Shown here: positions 1 to 14,477 of the stretch, piece by piece
Layout: every line of letters starts with the position of its first letter
Numbering within the stretch: position 1 is the first letter of the stretch
Source of the DNA: Paramecium tetraurelia
Taxonomy: Eukaryota
Direction: 5' to 3'
DNA length: 64,000 bases
NCBI GenBank assembly: GCA_000165425.1
Contig: CT868296.1
Coordinates: 124,001 to 188,000, forward strand
Translations under genes and position numbers: made by a program
Notes under the pieces: model-generated
What the model was told of the DNA's origin: nothing
Seen by the model: the letters and a program-made list of their open reading frames with translations, nothing else
Databases searched by the model: none

Positions 1-1855
1 TATATAATTTTGTTAGGTAATCTGGAGGTGAAAATGTTTTATTTGGCATCATTTTCTTTATTGGATTACTGGTCGTAAATTTCATCATATTCCTCTGTCT
101 ATAAAAGCGAATCTCTAATCATAAAGTTAACTAAACTATATCCTTCTCAGACCTCCAAGAAAATCCTAATTTATACGAAGCAGCATCAGAAGATCCGAGA
201 TTTCTACCTGAAGATCTTCCTTACTACGTTAAAAGGTTATATATTTAAGGCAACAACACTCCTAGTACTCCATGGCATTTACCTCTTCATACTTAACTTG
301 ATCAATAGGATATCAATAATATAGTTTCGAATATTAACTCTATTGGATAATACACAAAATGGTAATAAATCTCGTTAGTGTTCTTAAAGATTTGGTACTT
401 CCCTTTTTACTTTATATTATTAAAGTACTACCAAAAGAAAAAATCTAAGCAGATCTTCAGCTTTATGCAAAAGAATAATAGATTTAGCATTTATTGTCTG
501 AAACTATCCTGTAGTTCAGATTACACTTTAGCCTATATAGATGTCTTGAATTATAATAATAACATCTTAGATTGGAACAAATCCACTCAATTTCCAATTT
601 CCTTAGTGTTATAAGGAGATGGAGATTTCCTATTTCCTTGGTAAATCAATTTAAAAGATCCCTTGGTAAAATCAATGAAGATGTCATTTGAGAAATAGAA
701 GATATTTATGCCAATAGATGACGGTGATTCAGATGGTTTATTATCTGAAAATGATGAAGAGGAAATACACACTTTTGATGAATTCATTATAAAATTCAAT
801 TTATTAATGTTGCAGATAGATATTAGAAAGGGAAATGCAGAATTCATTAAAAATTGTTTTTCTTTATTTGAATTTATTGATGAAAGCAATAGTGAGATTT
901 TCAACAAAAAACAAATCTTGTTAGATATATGTTTTCACATTTTGGGATTTCAATAATCATCTTTGATCATATTGACTACTTAAAAGCTTCTCGATTTTCA
1001 ATAGACTTTGAGAGAACTCCATTATATAGTGAATTACAAATCAGAATATCAGATTAAGGTATCAGTTAATTTTGAAAAGTAAGATTTTAATGTCAAGAGA
1101 TATTACGATAATTAAATTGTAATTAATACTATTAATGATATAAATAAACAAATAACAATGTATTAAAGGTATGAGGAAGACAAAGAGGAATTGAATAATC
1201 TAAAAATGTAAATGCAAAGGAAAATAGAGGCTGATGGAATACTCACTCCATTATTAGCTTAAAAGTAGGACGCAGAAGAAGAAGAGGATAATCATTTATA
1301 AAAAAATAATAAGTGTAATATATTGTGGGTTAGAATTATAAGATTCATCACAATTACATTTTCTTATTTTCTACGTTATAGAGATTTCAAAAATGAGAGA
1401 ATGCTGACATCAGTTTTGGTTGTGCTATGCATAATTCAAATTACGCTTTATGTGATATATGTATTAGAATTGATAGTTGATGTTTTCGACACAACATATT
1501 TAGATTAACAGTACTTTTTTACCTTTTATGTTGTCGAAGCTATTGTGTAAATAACCTTGTTCCCCTTCTCATAACTAATTACTGAAATAGTTTTGGTGAT
1601 TTGGGTAAGAGTATTGATTGTTATGTGTAGTTATTGAATCCGCAGAAGAAGTATTTTGGAAAGAACTTCTTAATCTTCAACTTCTGTTCCACCATCAACA
1701 ATATGATTTTATCAATATTTGCCATCATAGAATTTGCAATAATCACCATATAGAATTTAGAATCAGACTATTACTTCTTTGCATCAGTAAAGCTAATTCT
1801 ATTTTTGATCCAAAGTGTACAAGGGTATCTAGGGACTAAGTATTTAACCCTCTGA
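1..1855 (+). CDS. Multi-pass membrane protein, 5' end outside window; resembles the uncharacterised plant At4g32920/At5g11700-type family
   Basis: Continuous code-6 frame containing KRLYIQGNNTPSTPWHLP, CLKLSCSSDYTLAYID and FPISLVLQGDGDFLFPW. Several C-terminal hydrophobic helices, intron 1605-1630, TGA 1853-1855. Family similarity is recalled from motifs, not searched. Confidence 0.7.
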
Positions 1856-1963
1856 ATACATTACTTACAAGAAATTAAGAATAATTAAAATATCATACAA
1901 ATATTATAATTCTAGACAATATTATTCAGGCTATTCTATTTTCAATAATTTAAATTAAAAATT

Positions 1964-3544
1964 ATGCAAGTAGAACCGTATATAAATTCTGTGGTGAAGA
2001 CACTAGATAACAACACTCTAATAAATGCAAAGCTAAAGAGAAGGAAATACCAGAACATCAATTATGATAATGATGGACTCACAGTTAAGTATACTCCGAA
2101 CTAAGAAATTCACGAACTTGCTTGCTTGTAAACAGATTAAGCCATCACTTCTTCGTTATATTATTTCGAGGTTAAAATCCTGAAAAAAATAAACAACAAG
2201 AAGTAATTTTGATGCTTAAATTCAGTGCGATATCTATAGGGTTGGCATTTGATAAGTATCAAATGAACATGCCTTTGGGAGTCTTTAGTGGGAGCATAGG
2301 ATACTACTCAGATGGAAAGGTAATTGTTCAAAAAAAGGAGATTGATTTAAAAATGAATCCGTACAAACAAGATGATATTGTAGGATGTGGAATTCATAAA
2401 TCAGTAGTTTTCTTTACTCACAATGGAATTCGAAGTTTGCAAACAGTCAAAATTGATTTTAAAGAACCCTTATACCCAACTGTAGTTTGCGGAGATCTTG
2501 TAGTTTTGCAATTCAACTTAGGAGCAAGTCCTATGATGTATGATTACAAGAAGATGTAATTGAAGGAGAAGCAGGAAATAATCTAGTAGATAGATAAATA
2601 AGATGTTTCACCTTATAGTCTTCATCTCATGATATAAGAATACCTGTGGAGCCAAGGTTACATGAATTCTTTGAAGCAATTTGAGAGAGAAAGCTCTCTT
2701 GAGGAAAACCAGAGTATGAGAATTGAAAAAAATACAGAGGAAATGGCATATGAAGAAGAATAGTAATTAGAAGGGGATTTAAAGAGAAAGTAAAGTCTGC
2801 AAATGACGCCGATGTCTGCTTTGCAAAGAAAATTAAGTGGATTGCAGAGTCCTAATTTTTAATAAATTTCATCGATTGAGAGGAAAGTTAGTGGATTTTA
2901 GTTAGATGAGTAGGAAAACAACAATGAACTTAATTAAATAGCAGAATAGGCTTTTATGAAAGATGAGCTAGTTAATTAAGAAAGAATAAGTATGTTAGTT
3001 ATTTAAATCAGAAATCCAGAAACTCATTCGAGAAGGCATGATAGATGATGTTATTGTTATTCTAAATGAAATGATGCCTGAGTTTTTAAAAAAGGAAGGG
3101 ATCGAACAAACACTCTATGCCTAATGGTTTATTGAATTAAGTATTCTCATCTATCAATTGATTAGTAAAAAGGGACAAAATCTTAGAAGTTATAGAGTTG
3201 GGACGACAGCATTTGAGCCAGTATTTACATTTCCAAGTTGAAAGTGTGGATAAGAATTTGAACCCCATCAAAATAAAAATAGAAAGCATATTGGGATTGA
3301 TATGTTATGATGACATAGGGAGTAGTGATTTGAGAGGACTTGTTAGTTAATAATAAAGAGAAAGGGTTTGTGAGTACATCAACAGAATGTTGCTAAGTAA
3401 TTATAGGAAATTCTAATAATTTTAGTTGAATTGGGATATGAAGATGAATCGGCTCTGGAGATATGTCTCAAATAATTAACTTAGGTTTGTGATTAAATTT
3501 AGTAAAGAGGTTTGCTTGGTGGTTAGAGTGTCTAGTTTTTATGA
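1964..3544 (+). CDS. RanBPM/RanBP10/GID1-like SPRY-LisH-CTLH-CRA protein (CTLH/GID E3 complex scaffold)
   Basis: SPRY (YYFEVKI...SIGYYSDG...DDIVGCG...FNLG), LisH (HLMIQEYLWSQGYMNSLKQFERE) and CTLH (IQKLIREGMIDDVI). Four short introns, first at 2203-2225. Confidence 0.9.
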
Positions 3545-3700
3545 TTAAATTATTTTATTTTTGTTAGAAAGTAAATACTAATTTTTAAAGTATTATAATT
3601 TTTAATTGAATGATGGTTAATTGTCCATTGTTGATTTTGGATTGCTAATTAAAAAGTTGTTCAAAATAAATATTATTATTTAATATAACAAAAATTCTTG

Positions 3701-4976
3701 ATGGGGGCCAATTGCTAATCTTGCTGTGCAAACAAGGAGAATGACAATACAGAAATCAAATTGACGTAGGACAAAGCAAAGCCCAAATCCAATAAATAAG
3801 ATAATGACCAAAAAAAAGAGGAAGTGAAGGTTTAAATAAAAGAACATGAAAGATTTACGATTGATTAAGAATAATAAAAATAAAAGAAAGATACGAAAAA
3901 AGAACAAAAAAAAGAATCAGCAAAAGAAGTTACACCCAAGAATGCTGATGAAAATTCGAAAAAATCATAAGAATAAGATAAATAATTAAATATTTCTGCA
4001 AACCATTCAGTTAGTATGAATGTAGCAAGCAACCAAGAGGGAAACGATCTCATTAAAAGTACTATGAATTCCACTGAGAGAAAGAAGTTACCTCCAATAC
4101 AACTAGAGTCAGGGGCAGTCTATGAAGGAGAGTGGAAAAATGGTATGAGAGATGGATATGGAAAATAAAAATGGCCAGATGGTTCAGTTTACGAGGGAGA
4201 ATGGGTTGAGGACAAGTCATCCGGAAGAGTATTTATTAATCTAACACATTTAGGGTAAATTGACACATGCAGACGGAGATGTTTATGATGGGGAATGGAA
4301 AAATGATAAGGCAAATGGCAAAGGAACATATATTCATGTGAATGGTGCCAAATACGAAGGAGAGGTAAATTTAAGTTCTATCTCTAGTGGGAAAATGACA
4401 AACAACATGGTCGAGGAGTAGAAAATTGGCCAGATGGAGCTAAATATGAGGGTCAATATTTCGAAGGGAAGAAACATGGAAATGGTATCTTGAATTTTGC
4501 TGATGGTTCACGTTATGATGGTATCGATTTGTACCATTATTTAAGGTGAGTTCCTACAAAATGACATCCATGGAGAGGGAACCTACATATGGCCAGATAA
4601 AAGAGTCTATAAAGGGTAGTGGAAGAAGAACAAAATGCATGGCAAAGGATAGATTATCTGGTAGGATGGTCGTAAATATACTGGTGTAATGAATTTCATC
4701 TATTGTAGGAATATGAAGAGGACAAGAAACACGGCAAGGGTGTCTTTGAATGGGCTGATGGCAGAAAATACATAGGAACTTGGATATAGGGTAAGAGTAT
4801 TTGCTATTGTTTTAGGAAGATAACATGGAATTGGAATCTATTATTTATAAAATAAGGAAGTCAAAGTTGGAGAATGGAATGAAGGAAAAAGAATCAAATG
4901 GTTTGAAAAGAATGAAATTGACTAGTTAATTCAAGAATAAAAAATTAAGAGAGAGGATTTGCATTAATAGGATTGA
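3701..4976 (+). CDS. MORN-repeat protein with predicted N-terminal acylation (MGANCQSCC)
   Basis: Tandem YEGEWxxxxxxGxGxxxWxDG repeats, about five short introns, Gly2 plus a Cys cluster at the N-terminus, TGA 4974-4976. Confidence 0.93.
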
Positions 4977-5139
4977 TTCACATAACTATAATTTTATCTT
5001 AATCTTTTAGTTTTTATAAATAACATTTTTAATGTTTGTCTACAATAGACTTGATTTTCATCGTTTATCTATTTATTGGAATTCATATAAATTCAAATCC
5101 AAAAATATTCTGATATATTATTATATTAAATTAGTTTAA

Positions 5140-5898
5140 ATGGCTAACAGGGAATATGATTATTTGTTCAAATTAGTTATAATAGGCAACAGTGGAGTCG
5201 GAAAGTCTGCTCTTTTATTACGATTCGCAGATGATACTTTTAGTGAAAACTACATCACAACCATTGGAGTTGATTTTAGATTCAAAACATTAAAAGTAGA
5301 TAATAAAGGTTTGAAATTGCAAATCTGGGATACTGCTGGATAAGAGAGATTTAGAACAATTACTAATGCTTATTATAAAGGAGCTGATGCGTAATTATTA
5401 TAAAAATCAAAATTAGAATTGTTATTGTCTATGACACAACATGTTAGCAGTCCTTTGATGACATTGAAAAGTTTTGGTTGAATGAAATCGAGAGTTATGC
5501 AGAAAAAAATGCAGAACTCTTGTTGTTGGGAAACAAATCAGATCTAAGCACAAAATAGGTTTCAAGTGAGAGAGTTCAAGAATATGCTCAAAAAAGAAAT
5601 ATGACATTCTTTGAAACAAGTGCCAAGACTGCCGATGGAGTAGAAGAAGCCTTCAAAAATATAGCTATCAAATTAATGTCTAAAAGAGATTAACAAGTTT
5701 AAGATAAAAAAAATAAAAAAAAATAATAAAGAGTAAATATTCAATTTGAATTATTAGTAATCATCATCGTCATCAAAAAGAACAGAAGACTTTTCAAACT
5801 CTAGTGAAATCAAACAAGAAGACGAATCAAAAAATGTTAACTTGTGGTCAAATAAGAGCCCAGAAAATGCCAAGTAAGAATAGTAATGCTAATGTTGA
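5140..5898 (+). CDS. Rab1-like small GTPase
   Basis: [21 protein letters not shown] (Q=TAA), GNKSD, ETSAK and a C-terminal CQC prenylation motif. Introns ~5391-5417 and 5733-5757. Confidence 0.95.
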
Positions 5899-6366
5899 AT
5901 ATAAAATCAACCTGTTAAAATAAAATATTTTTATGTATATTAATGCACAGATTCAAATATATTGAACAGTAAATTAGAGTGTTTTATTGAAAAAGCTCAA
6001 AATTTGTACCTCCAAACTTACCCTTAGAATCAGGAATATTGTTGAAATCTCAGGAGGAGATTGTTTCCTTTTGATAAAAAGATTCTTTAATTAATTTAAT
6101 TTCATTTAGTTGTTGTATCATTAAATTGATTTAATTAATTAATGCTTAATTCTAGCTTAAATAAGCTCGATGAATAAGATTCATTTATTATATAATGTCT
6201 TACAAAAAGAATAAGCAATCTAATTTTAACCTCCTTTTGTAAAAAGTTATTAAAAACGGCATTAAAAATTTGGAAAGTTATCAAAAATTTCTTAGAGTTT
6301 GTATAACAAATATTCTTTTTTGAATCAGAATTATAAAGAAAAGTATAAATGTGAAATTTAGAATCA

Positions 6367-6714
6367 TCATTATATTTTTGAGATCTGTGGATTTACCCAT
6401 TCTAAATAAGGTTTCTGATTTATCAACTTTTAAACTAGTTTTCCAATGGCAATCGCAGGCTCTTTCTGATTGAATTGGCAGTGTACGATATTGAGATTAA
6501 ATTTGACCTTTTTCTTCTCATCCTTTCTTTAGTTACTCATCCCATTCTTATTATATGGAGTTTCTTGTAGGGAGTTGTTGGCTTAGGATAAAAATTAATT
6601 ATTAAAGTCATCAGTACATTGAGTGTCGTCAATATCATGATTTTGATAAGATTCTAGAGGTTACATAAAGATCGGTTTAGGTCCAATGAGAGGACTTGAA
6701 TTTAATTAGATCAT
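6367..6714 (-). CDS. Small 115-aa protein with RVxF-type PP1-docking motif (paralog B of tandem pair)
   Basis: Intronless code-6 ORF: MIQLNSSPLIGPKP...KKKVKFNLNIVHCQFNQKEPAIAIGKLVQKLINQKPYLEWVNPQISKIQ*. Aligns by eye with the neighbouring ORF. Confidence 0.75.
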
Positions 6715-6759
6715 ATAATTATTTTTTCTTATAAAAAGAACCAAATATATATATTCAAA

Positions 6760-7041
6760 TCAGCACTAAATCATTGATGGGTTAACCCATTTCATAGAAG
6801 ACTAAATTTTCAGTGATTGCAAAGACTTTGAGATTTATTTAACAGGGTCTGATTAAAGAAAATATAACACTGCGATATCTTCATTAAATCTAATAGTTTT
6901 TTTAATGTGATTGATAATTTATTATGATTGATATTGGGTAGTATAATTTTAAGATTATTCCATTTCATCTTCAACCAAAGTTCTGGTCAATAGCGATAGA
7001 GGTACAAAATCAGTTAAATGTGGCCCTATCATATCGCTCAT
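6760..7041 (-). CDS. Small 93-aa protein with RVxF-type PP1-docking motif (paralog A of tandem pair)
   Basis: Intronless code-6 ORF: MSDMIGPHL...KKTIRFNEDIAVLYFLQSDPVKQISKSLQSLKIQSSMKWVNPSMIQC*. Confidence 0.75.
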
Positions 7042-7089
7042 ATTTTTTTAATAATTTTTATTTTAACTAATAAAAAGGAATGTGAAAAT

Positions 7090-8919
<1,830 letters not shown>

Positions 8920-8955
8920 TATTATATGCTGTTATTATTAATATAATAAATTATT

Positions 8956-11063
8956 ATGGGCAATATCGAAAGTGAAGAAGAGGAAACTCTCCCAGAATTG
9001 AAATCAATGAAATTTATTGTTAACAAAGGGACTTACAAAGTTTATCAAAATCTTCAGAATAATAAATTTTACGATTTCTGGTTTCAAAAATCAAGTGATC
9101 ACAATTTTGAAGAGGAAATGGAAATAGCAAATCGAATTAAAAAAGAAAATCTATCAGGAGTTGCTTAAATTCATACTATCCAACGAAACTCAAAAGAAAC
9201 ACTGTTTAAAAAGTATTATTGTTTGAATCTTCTAACAGAGCATCCTACCTATACACTTAAAGATTATATATAAAAAAAAGCTAAAAATAAATGCTTAACT
9301 CCAGACCAAATCACTGATCTCTTCGTAGCCATCACAAATGCATAATACATGCTAGGTTCAAAGAAATAATATTTGGGATTTGACAATATCTATACAGATG
9401 ATGGAAGAATCTGGAAAATCAAGCCCTTCCTTAAAACAATTTCATTCTATTAAGAATTATTACAACACAAATCTAAAAATCTAGACTCTTTTGAGATGTC
9501 TGGATTCCCCTCGCCTGAAGAATTCCATTAAATCAACTGCGACATAGATAGAGTTTAAATTTTTGGCTTAGGCATGCTCTTATTAGAATTGATCACAAGT
9601 ATTATTCATATCTTATCTATAGAAAAGAAAAGCAAAGACATTTATTAGAGATATACAATCGATGAAGCACTCTTGCAAGAAAGAATAAACAGTTTACAAG
9701 GAGAAAAATAAAAATATCGTGGAAGATTGATTGAGTTTGTGACTGACACTTTAGACCTTGATTTGGTAAGAAGACCAAACTATCGCTAATTATCGACCTT
9801 TTTGAACTCACCAGAGTCGAATATTAATTCTGAATTCATTAATTAACAAGTTCAACCCATAGATCAAAATAAGCCTGTAAATTACAGTTCATTTAATCCA
9901 TCAGAGAGTCAAATCTCTGAAGCAAATATAGATTTTCAATATTCCAGGGTTGAACAGTTATTAAACAGTAAAATTAATGATCATAGAATAAAAAATAGTT
10001 ATAAACCAAAACAGAATTAATCTAATTAAACTGATTACAATTATTATGGTCTTCGTCGCAATGGCCTTTATCATGGACAAGGTAATAAATATCTTAAAAT
10101 AATATAGCTAAACTTTTCACAAAGACAAATATGTTAATATATGAAGGAGAGTTTTGTGATGGAAAATACCATAATTTTGGTACATTAAAATATTTTGATA
10201 CAATATAATTGAAAGAAAACTTCAATTACAAGGACTGCACTAATATAGAGAAATATGCTGTTTCCTATGAGGGGTCCTTTCAACACGACATGTATCATTA
10301 CAATATTTAATATAGAAAACATGGAGAAGGTAGATTAACCTTAACAAATGGAGAAGTTTTTGTTGGCTAATTTGTCAATGGTGTTATTGATGGCTATGGT
10401 TCATTTCAACCCAATAATCAATAAAAAGTTATAGGAATCTGGAAGGATGGTATATTTTAATCTAATTCCTCAATTCTTCAATCATTCGACAATCTAAATG
10501 TTAGGGCCTCTGAAAATTTCAACAAGTCAGAAATAAAGGGAAGATAATAATTAGAATCTTAAGAGTTATTCAACTCTTAAAATTAAATGAACTCCTCGGA
10601 CATCAATGACAATAATTTACCAAAATTATATTATGATGATTAGAAAACACTGATTAAATATGTAGGTGAAATGAATCAAGGCAAAATGAGCGGTTAAGGC
10701 AAGTTATTCTTTATGGATGGGAAACTTAAAATATATTGGAGACTTTGAGAATGATTTATTTAATGGTTTTGGAACTTTGTATAATGAAAACCCAGTTTTT
10801 GAGTATCAAATTAACTACTAATAATTTGGAGAGGTATAGAGTAAAGGTCACTGGAACTACTATTAGGGTACATTTTAGAATGGACTGTAATTATCTAATT
10901 TATTCTTAGTAAAAGTGGTATAGGAAGTTGGTATTTAACTAACAACAGTGAGTTTTAAGGTATTTTTGAAAATGATCTTCCTCATGGAAAAGGAGTTTTA
11001 AGAGTTAATCATGAAGAATTAAATGCTGAGTGGAAAAATGGGTAACTATAGGGAAAATTATGA
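8956..11063 (+). CDS. Myristoylated pseudokinase + MORN-repeat protein; +1 frameshift at ~10728-10731
   Basis: MGNIES start. Kinase-like C-lobe (FPSPEE...IFGLGMLLLELIT) lacking VAIK, HRD and DFG. Two MORN clusters. The frame breaks in an A4 run, giving TGA at 10746-10748; MORN repeats continue in +1 to TGA 11061-11063. Confidence 0.8.
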
Positions 11064-11767
11064 ATATAAAAAGTTTATCAATTGTGAGTCAGTTTCTATA
11101 AAGTTTTATTTTATCTAAATTTATTAGTCTTTTATTGAAGATTGCACATTAATTAGTTATCTATCCATTTTTCTTATCAAATATTATTTCATCTTCAATA
11201 AATTTTCATTATAATTATGTATTTCATGATAAACGCAATGACTAATTAGGGTTTATTTTATTTTTAATTTCTAAATTTAAATATTCCAATTGTTTGGAAT
11301 ATATCTGAAAAAAAAATAAAATTAGATTAATTCTTTTTGATAATCGAACACTCTATAATAATTTATCTAGGTTTTCTTGTTAAAATAAATTCATCCAAAA
11401 AATTCATAACTCATAAAACTATATCATTACGTGATGATATCTGATTTATTTATATTGTTATGACTGTTCAAATTGAATTTTAGCCTATAAGTATGGATAT
11501 AAGTTAAAAGAAAATCTCACACCCATTAATATTTACGATATGAATTCGTAAAATCAGCGCTTTCTTAGAGGATCATCCACTTCCAGGTCTATTATATATC
11601 CAATTCTCTTTAATATTATACCTTCTGAATTCTATAAAAGTTTGGTTAATCTCAAATATAATATTTAGCTTAACAAACAATGCACTTTGCGATTGAGGTC
11701 TTATTAATCTACTTTTATAGTTAGTTCTCATATTAAGAAATTTTATTAATTATTAATAAACCAAAAA

Positions 11768-12264
11768 ATGTCATTAATAGATTATATTGAGGATGATTAG
11801 ACTTACTAATTTACTAAATATCTGAACCTAGCAAAGGTATGTTGATGACTAATCCTATTAGACTGAATAAGAAAAGCAACTTTTTGATAGATTTGCATAT
11901 GGAGTTTGTGATCCGTCAATTAAGTATCCAAATGAGAAATAAAAAAAGAAAATGATTATACTTACCATTCTATAATTGTGTTAGAGGTTATCAATAATAA
12001 TAATATAGAAATAAATGTGTGACTTTTGATAATATATAGCAGGCTTGTTTTTTAAATTCCAGAGCTGAGATTGAATAGTTATTAATTGATCTCATTCAAA
12101 AAGAATTGATTCTTGGCACTATAGATGACTAAAAAGGATGCTTAAATATCTAAAGATGTATCAGCAGAGATGTTAGAAATTCCGATATTCCAGCTATGAA
12201 GAAGTAGATTGAATCCATGTACGAGAGAGTAAAACATTTGAAACAATAGTTAAAATAATAATGA
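11768..12264 (+). CDS. CSN7: COP9 signalosome subunit 7-like PCI-domain protein
   Basis: FAYG...KMIILTILQL...EIEQLLIDLIQKELILGTIDDQ...CISRDVR matches the CSN7/eIF3m PCI pattern. Two short introns. Confidence 0.8.
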
Positions 12265-12356
12265 ACGGAATTTATTTTAATAATTAAAGAAATTGTGAAT
12301 GTGCCAGATTGCTTTCGATTTATTATTAAATGTACGGTATTATAATCGTAAACAAA

Positions 12357-12573
12357 TCAATTGATGTTAAGCTTAGTTCTTCTCCAGTGTCTACGCTTTG
12401 AATTATATCTATAATGAGACTAAGATTCAATCATTACCTGATTGTGTTATCAGTTCTATATCTAAACCAATTTGGAAGAGGTCTATTTTGCTTATTTGCT
12501 TTGATCAATCTCTTCTTCATTCTCAATGATTTGTGTGCTCCCTAAAATAAACGTAAGTGAAACTCATTACCAT
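12357..12573 (-). CDS. RPL39: 60S ribosomal protein L39 (eL39)
   Basis: [52 protein letters not shown] after removing two introns, the first immediately after the ATG. Confidence 0.97.
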
Positions 12574-13477
12574 TTTAAATCTTTTTTTTAATTTATTTAA
12601 TATTTTTCTTTTGTATACAATATTCAATTATTATTGTAAGAAATAAGACTTCATGAATTACATCCTAAAAACCCAATGAATTTATGTATATTTTATATGA
12701 TTGGTAAAGTATTATGATTCATAGAGAAAATGGTAATATTATGAAACCTTTTTAGTATTATTTTCTCTATTATGTAAGGAATATTCATAACATGTGGGCT
12801 TCCATTTCATTTGTTTTAAAAATCATAAATTCTAGAAAGCAATGTTGACTTAATAGGTAATTTCAAAAATTTAATAGTGTTTTTTTAAATAGATAATACA
12901 TTTTGATCCAAAGATCTATTTTTAACCTTTGATTATTTACTTATAAAATAATAAAGTCCTCCTCTAAAAGTGGTTTTTATAAAAGTTGAATAATAATGTT
13001 TATTCAATCAAAATAATCCTAAGATTATCTGAATTTTCTTTTTCTTTAGAATAATTATTCCTTTTTGATATTATATTAATCCAAACAGTATATGTCTTAA
13101 ATCACTTTAAGTAAACTTTCCTAAATTTGAAAATCTACCTATTAATGAGAGAAAACATTATTTTAGGTATATAAGCCTAACATAATTTACATTGTTACTA
13201 ATACTCTGATTCCTTTAAAATATCTAATAATTCTTATTCTTTCTCAAGGTTTAATCAATTAATTCTAACTCCTTCTTTGATTCTTAAGGATAAATGATAA
13301 AGTGGAATATTTAGTTGAAGTAAGATATTATATATATTTTCTATACGTCATATTCTTTAATACTTCGTATCAATTTATGATTATACTTGATTATTATCAT
13401 TTATAAATTGTACTTAATTAGTTGATCAGAATATTATTTTTCATATTAAAATAAAACCCGTTTCATCAGAATTAATT

Positions 13478-14392
13478 ATGCAAATCTTAGAAAATTCAGA
13501 TTCAATAGTGAGTGATGACCAATCCTTGGAATTAGATTGCAGAATAATTGTGCCAAAGTTTAAGTAAGAGGAATATGATACTTTTTAAACTGAAATCTAT
13601 TCTTCTGTCATTACAAGGGTGATGTAAATGAGATCTAATTCACAAGAATTCAAATTTAAGTAGCCCAATTAAAATAGTCCATAAGGTTCCTAAAATTCCA
13701 TTTAAAAACAAATTTAATGCACTTTACTCAATGAAAATGAATACTCAAATAAATTGAGTGTTAAGTTACACCTCTAACAAGAATAAGCGAAAAAAAAGGG
13801 GCGTATATCGAAATAGAAAGACAAGGCTCCTCAAAGTCCTGCAAGATCAGTAGAAGGTATTGATCATTCTCAGACTCCCTAAAAGGAAGATTGGAATGGA
13901 ATTAAAATGTCAACCAAATAAATTCAACCTTAGTAGAAACAACCTTAAATTAGATAAAATAAACGATAGTTAAGTTAAACTTTTAAAAGCTGTTCTGTTG
14001 AAGTATCACCCATTAAAATATCACGATTTTCTTAAAGATAAATTTATGTGACATAATTGGTGAATACTTACTAAGAGCCTTTATAAGAGAAATTAAGCCT
14101 TGTATAATTAGAAAACAATGAGAAAATAACTAAAATTACTTATAGTCCATACACAAGTAAGACTAGGACTGTTAGGAATTGTATTCAAAATACCTAAATA
14201 AAAGGAATACTAAAGAGCAAATCATGTAACAGTGAGGGAGGAAAGAGAAGAAAAAATACATCTTAGGACTCACATAATAAGAAATCCAAATTTTTTAAAA
14301 AGGTTACGTTTAATTCTGGCAAATTACCTAAATATGAATCATTTTAAAGCAGGAAAGAAGCATCTTCTAAATAGCTGATAATAATTTAATGA
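13478..14392 (+). CDS. Low-complexity protein (304 aa) with SILK- and RVxF-like motifs (candidate PP1 regulator)
   Basis: Intronless 305-codon code-6 ORF, S/Q/K-rich. KGILK at ~14201-14215 followed by KKVTF at ~14297-14311. Confidence 0.75.
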
Positions 14393-14477
14393 AATTGTAG
14401 TAATATATTTCTCTTTCTTAAAATAATATACATAATATTTATATATTTTATTCGAATGTAATCGTTATAAATAAATT

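Noticed and set aside
236..265. 30-nt GT..AG intron candidate in gene 1
   Set aside because: It is in frame, stop-free and encodes the conserved-looking RLYIQGNNTP motif, so it is better treated as exon.
11423..11444. Near-palindrome with TGATGA and CTGA resembling box C/D elements
   Set aside because: The boxes are only a few nt apart, with no guide region or terminal stem. Expected by chance in AT-rich DNA.
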